Source: Naegleria gruberi (lineage: Eukaryota). Taken from it: a stretch of 64,000 bases of DNA. The notes under the pieces were generated by a model. It had not been told where the DNA came from, did not search any database, and saw only the letters and a list, made by a program, of their open reading frames with translations. Below are positions 36,318-45,863 of this stretch, in pieces; position 1 is the stretch's first letter; each line of letters opens with the position of its first letter. Where the stretch lies: assembly GCA_000004985.1 (NCBI GenBank), contig GG738861.1, one strand, 5' to 3'. A program made the translations under genes and the position numbers.

Positions 36318-36573
36318 TTTTTATATTTTTAAAAAGATTTTTTATTATTATTGTTTGATGATGAAAGCTTCCACCTCCTTTCTATTTGATGATAATGATA
36401 ACAACTGCTTGCCTAGGAGTTTTAATTCTGTATTATTAATTAATGCTAATGAGACCTCACATTAAAATCTAGTTGTTGTTTTGTTTTATCACAATGACAA
36501 ATATGACGGCAGTTAAAACCCGCCAAAACATAAAACTCACCGTTAACAAATTCAAAAAACCAATTTAAAAAAA

Positions 36574-38169
36574 ATGACGAACATTACCTCTGATAAAACC
36601 AAGGTACACTTCTTCAGAGATGAATTTATGGAAGGAAGATTTAGAAGACCAGAACCTTTTCTAACTGTTGACTATAATTCACAGACCAATCGACTTGTTA
36701 CAGCAGGTATTCAAACCGATATTAAAGTTTGGGAAATTTCCTACTCTGACGATGATGTCATGTTCAAGCTTGTTGCTGTGATGAATCCAATCTATGACAG
36801 TGCCAAGGTTGTCAATATTGCTAGATGGAGTCCTTGTGGTAATTATATTGCTACAGGATGTGGTAGAGGTGCTGTTATTATTTGGAAAAAGAAGGGTCTA
36901 ATTGATCAAGGCTCACAACAGAAAAAGGCTGCTGCTTTGAATATTCAAGATGATGAAACAGATCTATCCTTCTTGGAAAGTGAAGTCAAGCCAACTGAAG
37001 AATGGATTATTGTAAAGAGATTTGGTGGCGAAGAAGGAGAAGATGTTTGGGATTTGAATTGGTCACCTCCACTCATTGATCATAAAACTGGAAAGACAAC
37101 CTACTTGTTGGCAACTACATCCATGGATAGAAGACTCAAAGTTTATCAACCATTGGAAACTTATGATATTTTGCATGAATATATTTCTGATGTCCACTCA
37201 TCGATTGGTGGTGTGGCTTGGGATCCTCTAGGTTATTATTTGGCCATTCAATTGAGTGCTGCTAAAAAGTCGATACTGTTTGGGTTGAATCAAGAAAAAT
37301 TCTCAATTCTAGGTCCAAGAAGTCAACAATCATCAAATACTGCTGGTGAATCTAAGAAAAAGAAGAAGGGAGCTCCAGTCTTTGAAAAGGTTGGAACTAT
37401 CAAGAAGAGTGCTAAGGATAATAAGGAATTATTCCAAGGAGATAATCATACCATTCAGTACAGATCTACAGTGTTGAATAGTGTTAGAAGATTGTCCTTC
37501 TCTCCAGATGGTACCTTCTTATTCACAACAGCAGGTTTATCCAACTCTTTACACATGTTCTATAGAAATATATGGAAGAAGCCAGTCAAGTGTATTGCTG
37601 GCCTGACTTCCACTTGTCCAGTTGTTAGATTCTCACCAATTCTTTACAAATCCATTGCTGAAAAATCAATGCTGCCTTATAGAATGATGGCTTGTGCCTC
37701 CTCGAAGGATGAAATTATTATTTTCGATACCGAGTCCAATAATGTATTATACAGAGCTCAGAAATTATTCACACAAACAATTACCGATGTTGCTTGGAGC
37801 AATGACGGCAATGTTCTCTTTATTTCATCACAAGAAGGGTTGATGGGTATTATTCGATTTGATTCAACTGAACTGGGAGAAAAGTACGATTTACTCTCAG
37901 TCATTACTGAAATGCAAAACAACAGCAGCTCAACAACTGAAACTAATTCAACAACACCTCTCTCACCTCTCCAAACTCACATCTCAAAGATTGGAGAACT
38001 CATCTCTCAGAGTGGTAAATCACTTCAAAAGATTATCCAATCCAATTCAGAGGCACCAAAGGAAGTAGAACAAGTGAATGTTCTTGTTCCTAAGAGAAAG
38101 AATGTTGTAACAACACTTGGTGCAACAACAACAACTTCATCTACAGCAGCAATTATTAATATTGAATAA
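36574..38169 (+). CDS. CHAF1B: Chromatin assembly factor 1 subunit B (CAF-1 p60) WD40 protein
   Basis: WD-repeat protein with VRRLSFSPDGTFLFTTAG (human FRRLSFTPDGSLLLTPAG) and GGVAWDPLGYY motifs. Confidence 0.8.
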   Translation: MTNITSDKTKVHFFRDEFMEGRFRRPEPFLTVDYNSQTNRLVTAGIQTDIKVWEISYSDDDVMFKLVAVMNPIYDSAKVVNIARWSPCGNYIATGCGRGAVIIWKKKGLIDQGSQQKKAAALNIQDDETDLSFLESEVKPTEEWIIVKRFGGEEGEDVWDLNWSPPLIDHKTGKTTYLLATTSMDRRLKVYQPLETYDILHEYISDVHSSIGGVAWDPLGYYLAIQLSAAKKSILFGLNQEKFSILGPRSQQSSNTAGESKKKKKGAPVFEKVGTIKKSAKDNKELFQGDNHTIQYRSTVLNSVRRLSFSPDGTFLFTTAGLSNSLHMFYRNIWKKPVKCIAGLTSTCPVVRFSPILYKSIAEKSMLPYRMMACASSKDEIIIFDTESNNVLYRAQKLFTQTITDVAWSNDGNVLFISSQEGLMGIIRFDSTELGEKYDLLSVITEMQNNSSSTTETNSTTPLSPLQTHISKIGELISQSGKSLQKIIQSNSEAPKEVEQVNVLVPKRKNVVTTLGATTTTSSTAAIINIE

Positions 38170-38315
38170 ACAATTACTAAGTTATTTATCTAATTCTAAA
38201 CATGTCATCATAAAAACCTTCGGATCACATTAAATAATAAATATTTAAAAATTCCTTCACTACTTCAACAAAATAAATGTGATGAAGAATAAAATTATTC
38301 AACTTCAAAAAAAAT

Positions 38316-39185
38316 ATGACAAAATTCTCATCACTGAAAAACGCAATTCCTCGTAAAACCAAGAAGGAACGTTCCCAACCAAAATGGCGTAGGGATTTGG
38401 GTTATGGTACATTGGAAAAACACAAGGATTATAAAGTGAGATCCCGAAAGGCCCATCAAATTGAGGAACAAAAAAAGTTATTACACGAACAAATCAAGAA
38501 TAAGAATGAAGATGAATACTTTATCGATATGGCACACGCCACAAAAACCGATACAGGAACAACAGTTATTGAAAAGATTCCAACAATGAAGAAGAAAAAG
38601 GAAGCCTTGAATAATTTAAAAAAAACAAAGAAGGAACAACGATTGTTTGTACAACAAAATGCGGAAAAGAATTTGAATTTACTCAGAATGAAATTACAAA
38701 TTATAAATAATAATATTGAAAAACTGAGAAGAGGACTTGGATTTTTGGAAGTTGCTTCCAAGTCTGATAAGAAAATTAAGCATAAAGTATTTTTGAAGAG
38801 TAAGGAAGAGCTGGAAACTTTCGATCCTGTGGAATATTTCGATACTGATCCTTTACTGCTCAATCAAACTCATAACAGAGTGAAACGAAAGACTTTGGCT
38901 GAACAATCTGTTCAAGCATATGCACCAAACGCAGGTATTGATGCTTACACTACACCAGCAACTGATAATGCCACACTTGCAGAATATAAAAAGTTGGAAA
39001 AGTTAATTTCCAAGAGAGAAGTTATTGAAAAGACAATTAATGATATTGAAGTAGCTCTCCAATTAACACTCTCATCAGACAAGGTTGAAAAGATTGAAAG
39101 AGACAAATCAACTGAAAGAAAGAATCTTAAAGGTGACTATTCTGATGTAAAGACTGTTCAATTCAAGAAGGAAAGAAAAAGATAA
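38316..39185 (+). CDS. UTP11: U3 snoRNP / SSU processome protein UTP11
   Basis: N-terminal AIPRKTKKERSQP and GxLEKHKDYK motifs, plus a C-terminal KRKR tail as in UTP11L. Confidence 0.85.
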   Translation: MTKFSSLKNAIPRKTKKERSQPKWRRDLGYGTLEKHKDYKVRSRKAHQIEEQKKLLHEQIKNKNEDEYFIDMAHATKTDTGTTVIEKIPTMKKKKEALNNLKKTKKEQRLFVQQNAEKNLNLLRMKLQIINNNIEKLRRGLGFLEVASKSDKKIKHKVFLKSKEELETFDPVEYFDTDPLLLNQTHNRVKRKTLAEQSVQAYAPNAGIDAYTTPATDNATLAEYKKLEKLISKREVIEKTINDIEVALQLTLSSDKVEKIERDKSTERKNLKGDYSDVKTVQFKKERKR

Positions 39186-39349
39186 ATTATTTATTAATTC
39201 ACTTTCAAAATTTTTCATCAAAATTGGAAGCTTAGTTCAATTTGTGATTTTTGAACTGTGTAACACTTGCAGTAATTTGAGTTGTTGGTTCTCTTACAAG
39301 TTAGAGCCAAGTACACTGAGCGGGTTGACATGAAACCAAAATTATTGAA

Positions 39350-41158
39350 TTATTCCTTCTTCTTTTTAGCTACTCTTGGTGGTTCAGACTTTTCTTCTGG
39401 CTCACTATCTTCGTCTTTCTTGTCACTCTTTTCTGACTTGTTTCTCTTTACAGTTCTCTTACGTTTCTTTTCTCCATCGGCTGATGATGAGGATGACTTT
39501 TTCTTCTTCTTTTCTTCGCCAGTTGTTGTGGAAGAGCTTGGAGCACTGGATGAGCTTGCTTCGGAAGGTTTTGATGAAGAGCCTTCCTTTGAAGATGTTG
39601 CAAGGGAGGCACTGCTTGAAGATGGTCTAATTGACTCAATTTCTGGAACTAAGGCCTTTAACTTTTTAATGACATCTGTCTTTGAAGGCCAAATGCTACG
39701 CAATTCCTTGATAAATTGGTCTAGCTCCTTTCTCTTATCGAGATGTTCCTCAACTGGCTTACCCTTGTTATGGCTATCGACATACTCAAAGGTTTTGTTA
39801 ATAATTTGCTTAATAAGCTCGTTGGTTTCTTGAGAGAGTGAAAGTCTCATGTTTGCCTCCTTTCTAAATTTATCTCGAAGAGTTTCATAAACAGTGGCAG
39901 AATAAGTAAGGGTTGTCTCATTCAATTTGTTGGCAACTTCCCTAAAGAGGGCCTCTTTGAGTGCAGTCTTCAAGGTGGAAATCTCTGCTGGATAAGCAAC
40001 TTGCTCATGCTCATTGACGAGTGACTTCATTCGATCCTTGATTGTCTTTGGACCAAAGTTAAGTGGTGGAATTTTTCTCAACCTTTTGAGAAGTGTATTT
40101 GGTACACCCTTCTTGAAATGCTTCAAACGAGCAAGAGCCAACTTTTTAATTCCTTCATTGAGTTCTGGAGGAATGGTCTTGTAGGATTTAGAAGAGTCAA
40201 ACCCGAGTGATTTAGAGAGTTCTTCGAGCTCAGTGATTGCTTCTTCAATTTCTTCATGGAATTTAGAATTCTTTTGATCATCTCCACCAAGAGTATCATC
40301 TTCATCACTGGATGATTCATCGGAATCTTCTTCAGAATCTTCATCATCATAGAATGTGTGCTTTTCTAATTGTTGAGCTTCTTGGTGTGGAATCATTGGG
40401 AAATCAGTAGCAATTACATCATATTCTGTATCATCAATGAATGAATCCTCACTATCATAATCGAATCTTCTCTTTTCTTCCTCCTTCTTCTTCTTAGTGC
40501 TTTTACTACTACCTCTTTCTGGAAGAGTGAGAGAATATTTGAGTTGTCTTTCTCTCTTTGTAATGTTGTGAATCACATCATTCAAACGATTTGCATGAGA
40601 GTTTGTCTCGGACAATAATTCCCAATCCAATTCGTCAGGATCAATCTCACCTCTATCGGATTGTGTTAATAATCCAGTAGTAAGAATGGTATTGGTCTTT
40701 AATTTTTCTCTTCTCTGTTTGTCTTTTTCTTGTTCTGATGGTTGTGGTTGTGTTGGAGCACTTTCCGATTCGAAAACATATTCCTCCTCTTCGTCATTAT
40801 TGCTGGCCAAGAAACCAAAACCTATCGTAGATGATGAAGATGCTTCATTGTTATTATCACTTGTGGTAGTAGCATTTGTTTCTGTTGGTAATTTAGATGG
40901 TTCCTCATCCTCCATCATTTCACCCTCCGATTCCTCATCATCATCAACTACCTTTTTAGCTTTTCGTTTGGGTGTTGAAACTCTTTTTCCAGAGGTTTTT
41001 TCAATAAACTTCTTTGCATCCCGTAAAAGTTTCTTAAAATTGATTACAGTTGTAGGATATTTGTCAGCGAGTGGATCTTCATAACTATCAAAATCGATGG
41101 GTGTAATGGGAATGTAGAATCTCAGAGATGGTTTTGCAGCAGGTTGAGTATTGTCCAT
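39350..41158 (-). CDS. Acidic Ser/Lys-rich nuclear protein (hypothetical; possibly a histone-chaperone partner)
   Basis: 602 aa with poly-acidic stretches (DDEDSEEDSDESSSDEDD) and KKKKE tails. It lies head-to-tail next to CAF-1 p60 and UTP11. No family motif recognised. Confidence 0.45.
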   Translation of the reverse strand: MDNTQPAAKPSLRFYIPITPIDFDSYEDPLADKYPTTVINFKKLLRDAKKFIEKTSGKRVSTPKRKAKKVVDDDEESEGEMMEDEEPSKLPTETNATTTSDNNNEASSSSTIGFGFLASNNDEEEEYVFESESAPTQPQPSEQEKDKQRREKLKTNTILTTGLLTQSDRGEIDPDELDWELLSETNSHANRLNDVIHNITKRERQLKYSLTLPERGSSKSTKKKKEEEKRRFDYDSEDSFIDDTEYDVIATDFPMIPHQEAQQLEKHTFYDDEDSEEDSDESSSDEDDTLGGDDQKNSKFHEEIEEAITELEELSKSLGFDSSKSYKTIPPELNEGIKKLALARLKHFKKGVPNTLLKRLRKIPPLNFGPKTIKDRMKSLVNEHEQVAYPAEISTLKTALKEALFREVANKLNETTLTYSATVYETLRDKFRKEANMRLSLSQETNELIKQIINKTFEYVDSHNKGKPVEEHLDKRKELDQFIKELRSIWPSKTDVIKKLKALVPEIESIRPSSSSASLATSSKEGSSSKPSEASSSSAPSSSTTTGEEKKKKKSSSSSADGEKKRKRTVKRNKSEKSDKKDEDSEPEEKSEPPRVAKKKKE

Positions 41159-41261
41159 TTTTTTATTTTAATTTTTAAATTTATTTACCAACAATTAGAC
41201 TTCCCGCCAATTTTCATATGATTATTCAGAACAATGCCAATTTTATTGGAATAGTAAAAAG

Positions 41262-42440
41262 AAAAATGATATTGACCTCATATCGAGTATTCAACACGTA
41301 CTCTACCAAAAATCAATATATGACTATGCTTCACCAAGCAACAACGAATTGACAATTTATGTTGTTGGTATCACTAACACGTATAGAATATTTATTGATA
41401 AAGTGAACGTTGAATATCAACAAACTTATCATTAAACTCTTCTCCTCCTTGTAAGAGATATTCTACCATTGTCCACTCCTTGCCCTTCTCCTTATTAAAT
41501 TGTTCAACTGCTTGTCCATAGAGAACGAAAGCTTGTTGAAGTTTTTTAAGTGAGAGAGATTGATCAGCTTGTTTCAATTTCTCTTGCAATTCTTCCTTAC
41601 CATAGTCACAGCCATAGGAAGGAGTTCCTGGATGTTGTCTCCAGGAATCTTTCAAAGAACCTGCATCAACTGGATCAAAACCAATTTGTTCAACCAAATC
41701 AAAGACAATTGCCTTAGCCTTTTCATCATCTCCTGCAATTGGAAGAGCCACTCTGTGTTTTTTATCTTTGCTTGGCTTGAATTTCAAACTATAGGTTGAA
41801 ATATTGTTAAAAACCTTAACAACTGATCTTCCAATTGTTTTGGAAACCCATTCACTATGAGTTAATTCAAGTTTATCCAACGATTCAATTGGAGCATCTC
41901 TAAATCCTGGATAATAATTATTAGTATCAATAATGACCAAATCTTTTGGAGCATTTCTAAATAAATCCTTTGGTAATTGTTCAATATTTTTGAATGGAAT
42001 GGTTACAATGACAATGTCTTTGATTGTTTCAGAGATTTGAACTGCCTTTGCTCCTGTTTCCTTTTCAACATCAATCAAAGTTTGAGGACCACGAGAATTT
42101 GCAATGACAACTGAATGACCCAAAGCAACCAAATGTTTGGCCAATGCAGATCCAATATTACCTGCTCCAATAATACCAATGTTATACTTTTTGCTCATTT
42201 TCTTTTTTGTTTTGAATTGAAAAATTCCCACTCTCTGATCCTCAGAATTTATTCGAAAGTTTGACCGCATTCAGAAATTGTGCTTTTAAGCGATTTGCAT
42301 AAAGCACGTTTGTCCACCCTCATCAATATTAATTGAAATTTTGAAAGTACTCACTCTCCATAGAGAAAATTCAAACAATTATTTTCAATATTTGAAAGTT
42401 TGAATACTTCTGAAGATTTTCACAACTTGTTGTGCCAAGT
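41262..42440. repeat. Inverted repeat copy B (~1.18 kb), partner at 16380..17626
   Basis: See copy A. It lacks the 58-bp insertion, and its outer edges diverge at the same positions as in copy A. Confidence 0.8.
41392..42198 (-). CDS. NADPH-dependent F420 reductase-like / COG2085 oxidoreductase, copy 2
   Basis: About 98% protein identity to copy 1 (substitutions L→Q, Q→K, E→D, T/Q→S/K, D→E). Confidence 0.8.
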   Translation of the reverse strand: MSKKYNIGIIGAGNIGSALAKHLVALGHSVVIANSRGPQTLIDVEKETGAKAVQISETIKDIVIVTIPFKNIEQLPKDLFRNAPKDLVIIDTNNYYPGFRDAPIESLDKLELTHSEWVSKTIGRSVVKVFNNISTYSLKFKPSKDKKHRVALPIAGDDEKAKAIVFDLVEQIGFDPVDAGSLKDSWRQHPGTPSYGCDYGKEELQEKLKQADQSLSLKKLQQAFVLYGQAVEQFNKEKGKEWTMVEYLLQGGEEFNDKFVDIQRSLYQ

Positions 42441-43114
42441 TTACAATCACTGTACCATAAAGTAGTACAATCATCAACACCATTTGACTTATGATAAACA
42501 ACTAAATTGACAGTATCATTACCTTCAACACTATACCATAATGTAGTTCTAATAAGTTTTTGGGAATCAAATTGGAAGCAGCTGTTACAACAACATTAAT
42601 ATTACATTGTTTTTATTACAATGACAGATGAAAAAGAAGAGGGTCCTCAACCAGATGAAATGAGCAATTAAAATTGTTGAAACACTTTGAATTTCTCTTT
42701 GATTGCTATGAACAATTCCAATTCTGCAAGAAGTGAAAAGTTTGCACTGAGAGTTTGGGATCACTTTCTAGCTCGTATTAAACACTTTCCACTCACAATA
42801 ATTGGATGATTACAATTAATCTCAGTAGATAAACATTGTAACTTCATGCAACAAGATTTCTGCAACTTTTCGTGGAACTGAACTCTCAGTACCATAAACA
42901 ATATTTCAAATTTATTGGTGTTATTCCAGCTTTAAATAAAGGATATTCAAGGGTTTGCTTTTAGATACCACGTTTTTAAGAATGGGAAATGTTCATGCCA
43001 ATGATTTCTTGAAAAAAAGAAAAGAGACCTCAACCAAACATTCATAGAACCAATTGTTCATTTATTAATCACTAATAATAAATCACACAACAAGCAAATA
43101 AAAGGTTGACAAAA

Positions 43115-43570
43115 CTAATAACGGTATGCTCCTCCATTAGCCACATTTCCATACGAAGGATAACCATAATTAGAACTGTAAGCCACTCCACCTGGTGTTT
43201 GAACACTTTGATAATTACTTCCAGGTTGATAATAATAAGGTGACGATCCATAATATCCTCCACCATATGGATATCCATAGGAACCATAAGCATTACCACC
43301 ATACATGGAAGGTTGTCTGTATCCACTTGATTGAGCCACAAATGGCACAAACATCATGACTTGAATCTTATCCTTATAGGCGAGCGTATCTGAATTGTAC
43401 TTATCGAGTGTACCACCTTGTGTTAGATAGGAGGCTCCACTTGGGCCAATGGCTCCACCAGAGGCTGCACCTCCTCCAGCAACAACTGGATATTGAGCAT
43501 TTAGATGGTGCTGGAATGAAGAAAAGAGGAAAATTAGAAGGAGAAGAAATGAGAATTTGGTTAGTAACAT
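43115..43570 (-). CDS. Secreted Gly/Tyr-rich low-complexity protein
   Basis: Signal peptide (MLLTKFSFLLLLIFLFSSFQ) followed by GGGAASGGAIG and YGYPYGGGYYGSSPYYY tracts. Confidence 0.55.
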   Translation of the reverse strand: MLLTKFSFLLLLIFLFSSFQHHLNAQYPVVAGGGAASGGAIGPSGASYLTQGGTLDKYNSDTLAYKDKIQVMMFVPFVAQSSGYRQPSMYGGNAYGSYGYPYGGGYYGSSPYYYQPGSNYQSVQTPGGVAYSSNYGYPSYGNVANGGAYRY

Positions 43571-44088
43571 TTTTTCTGTTATTGTTTTTTGAAAGAAAGG
43601 TTTCTAATAATGAGGAAAGGATATTTTTGGAAATTGTATAATTATTGGCAGTTAAGACAAAGTAGATATTAATAGATAAGACTATTGCATTATCATAAAT
43701 TTAATAATGTGGTTGAAAAGTCCTTTGAAAACTCCTTAGAACAATCCATTCAAAAAATCGTAACCCCAGATTCAAAAAATCCAAAAGATTTTTGATCGAG
43801 TAAATTCCCTTAATTTCCTTAAACTTTGGAATAACGGCGTACACAGAAGGACAAATTTCCAATCATTCCATGTGATTCACATTCAACTCAGTTTGTAGTT
43901 CATTACAAAACATCATCCAAATTCCAAGAATGGCAAATCAACCAGCAAATGTACATTTGGATAACACCAACTCAAATCCTTCCTCTTCCAATTTCTCTCT
44001 CTCTCTACTATACTGAAACAACACTCTAAAGATTTGTAATCATCATCATCATCTCCGTTACACAACAAAAACAACAATTTTTAAAAAA

Positions 44089-45075
44089 ATGTCTCAACCA
44101 TCTACATTCCACCCACAACTCACCGACACTGTATTGATGGTGCGCCCAGTTGATTTTGCATTCAACGAACAAACAGCTGTCGATAATGAATTCCAAAATA
44201 GAATTGATGACAAGACACCAAACCAAATTAGAGATGCTGCTATTGAAGAATTTGATAAGAGTGTTTCTGCTCTTCGGGAAGCTGGTGTTCAAGTTTTAGT
44301 TTTGGAGGGATCCAAGAAGGAGAATGTTACTAAATGTCCAGATGCTGTTTTCCCAAATAATTGGTTCTCATCATCGGCCGATGGTACCGTTTTTACTTAT
44401 CCAATGTTTACTCCAAACCGTCGTGCTGAAGTTGAAAGATTGGATGACGTTTTAGCCTTGTTAGATGAAGCTAAATTAAAGGTGAAACGTATTGTCAAGA
44501 TGCACGAAGAACCATCATCAAAGGCTTTGGAAGGAACTGGTTGTATGGTATTTGATCATTTGAATGGTGTTGTTTATGCAAACATTTCGGAAAGATGTAA
44601 TGCTGAACAATTGGATGCTTTTGTTAAAAGCACTGAAGGATCAAAGACTAGAGCTGTTACTTTTAAAACAAAGAGTTCAAATGGAAAGGGATTCTATCAT
44701 ACCAATGTCATGTTGAGTATTGGTGAAGAATTTGCCATTGTTTGTTCTGCTGTCATTGTTGAAGAAGATAGAGAAAGAGTCATGTCTGAATTGAGAAAGG
44801 CTAGAAAGCTCGTTATTGACTTGACTGTTGAACAAACTGAAAAGATGATGTGTGCCAATGTTATTCAACTTGCTACCAAGACTGGTGGAAAGGTTATTGT
44901 CATGTCTGATTCTGCTTATAATGGTTTCACACAAGAACAAAGAACAATTTTGGAAGCTGAACATGGTAAGGCTGTTGTTTTCCCAATCAGTAAGATTATT
45001 GAAACCATTGGTGGAGGTAGTGCCAGATGTATGATTGCTGAAGTTTTTAATCCAAGTTTGACACAAGTCCAATAA
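44089..45075 (+). CDS. Amidinotransferase-superfamily hydrolase (CtlX / DDAH / arginine-deiminase-like), intronless and bacterial-like
   Basis: 328 aa ending in the superfamily's C-terminal catalytic-Cys motif GGGSARCMIAE. It has no introns, unlike most neighbouring genes. Confidence 0.75.
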   Translation: MSQPSTFHPQLTDTVLMVRPVDFAFNEQTAVDNEFQNRIDDKTPNQIRDAAIEEFDKSVSALREAGVQVLVLEGSKKENVTKCPDAVFPNNWFSSSADGTVFTYPMFTPNRRAEVERLDDVLALLDEAKLKVKRIVKMHEEPSSKALEGTGCMVFDHLNGVVYANISERCNAEQLDAFVKSTEGSKTRAVTFKTKSSNGKGFYHTNVMLSIGEEFAIVCSAVIVEEDRERVMSELRKARKLVIDLTVEQTEKMMCANVIQLATKTGGKVIVMSDSAYNGFTQEQRTILEAEHGKAVVFPISKIIETIGGGSARCMIAEVFNPSLTQVQ

Positions 45076-45360
45076 TTTTGCACACAATTTTACAATTTTG
45101 AGAGCGTATTAAATAGTTTGCAAACAATTGAAAACTATTATTCTTCAACTGCAATTGCATATTAGTAAGAACAATGTGAAATTACATTGATAATTTGATT
45201 AGTATTGAATTATAATACAAAGAGGAATTATTTTCTTAATTGATTTTAAAGATAATCTGTAATCTTTGAGTAAATTTGGTAAATCACTAAATAGACAATG
45301 CGCAGATTCAACACGTTCTCCCATCTATCAAGAAATTACAACGGTCAATCAAAGTAAAAA

Positions 45361-45780
45361 ATGTCAACACAAGAAAAAGCAAAGCAATTTGATGAGTTGT
45401 TAAAACTGTTGGAAGAATTAAAAAACGATATTCACAATACTACCTACAACACTGGTCATACAAGACCAAATAGTTGGAATTCAGATACAAAACAAAGATG
45501 GGAAGAATTAATTGACCAATCAACTAACAAAGTACAAGATTATTCAAAGAATAATGATTTACAATCACAGCATGTTGTGGATTTGGAAAATGAAAATTCA
45601 ACATTAAAGGAAAAGATTAAAACTCTTGAAAAACGTCTCAAACTCTTGTCTTTGATTTCCGAATCCAATGATGAGCAAGTTGATGAATTAATGACAGAGT
45701 TGGCAAATAAGAAATTCTTTGATCGTGATAATCATGATCGTGACTCCAATGAGGGAAATAATGATGGACAAGTTATTTAG
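45361..45780 (+). CDS. Short coiled-coil protein (hypothetical)
   Basis: 139-aa ORF with heptad-like ELLKLLEELK and LENENSTLKEKIKTLEKRLKLL segments. Confidence 0.35.
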   Translation: MSTQEKAKQFDELLKLLEELKNDIHNTTYNTGHTRPNSWNSDTKQRWEELIDQSTNKVQDYSKNNDLQSQHVVDLENENSTLKEKIKTLEKRLKLLSLISESNDEQVDELMTELANKKFFDRDNHDRDSNEGNNDGQVI

Positions 45781-45863
45781 TTTGCCATTTACTTATTGAA
45801 TATATTTCCTCATTCCTGTAAATATCCTGTAAAATTAGTTGAAATAAAGATAGATCGATAAAT

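Noticed and set aside
17627-41261. The 23.6-kb interior between the inverted repeats as a giant TIR-bounded transposon (Maverick/Polinton- or Starship-like)
   Set aside because: The interior encodes conserved single-copy housekeeping genes (separase, CAF-1 p60, AP-3 sigma, UTP11, PPR protein) and no integrase, polymerase, transposase or capsid genes. The repeats are whole-gene cassettes rather than TIRs.
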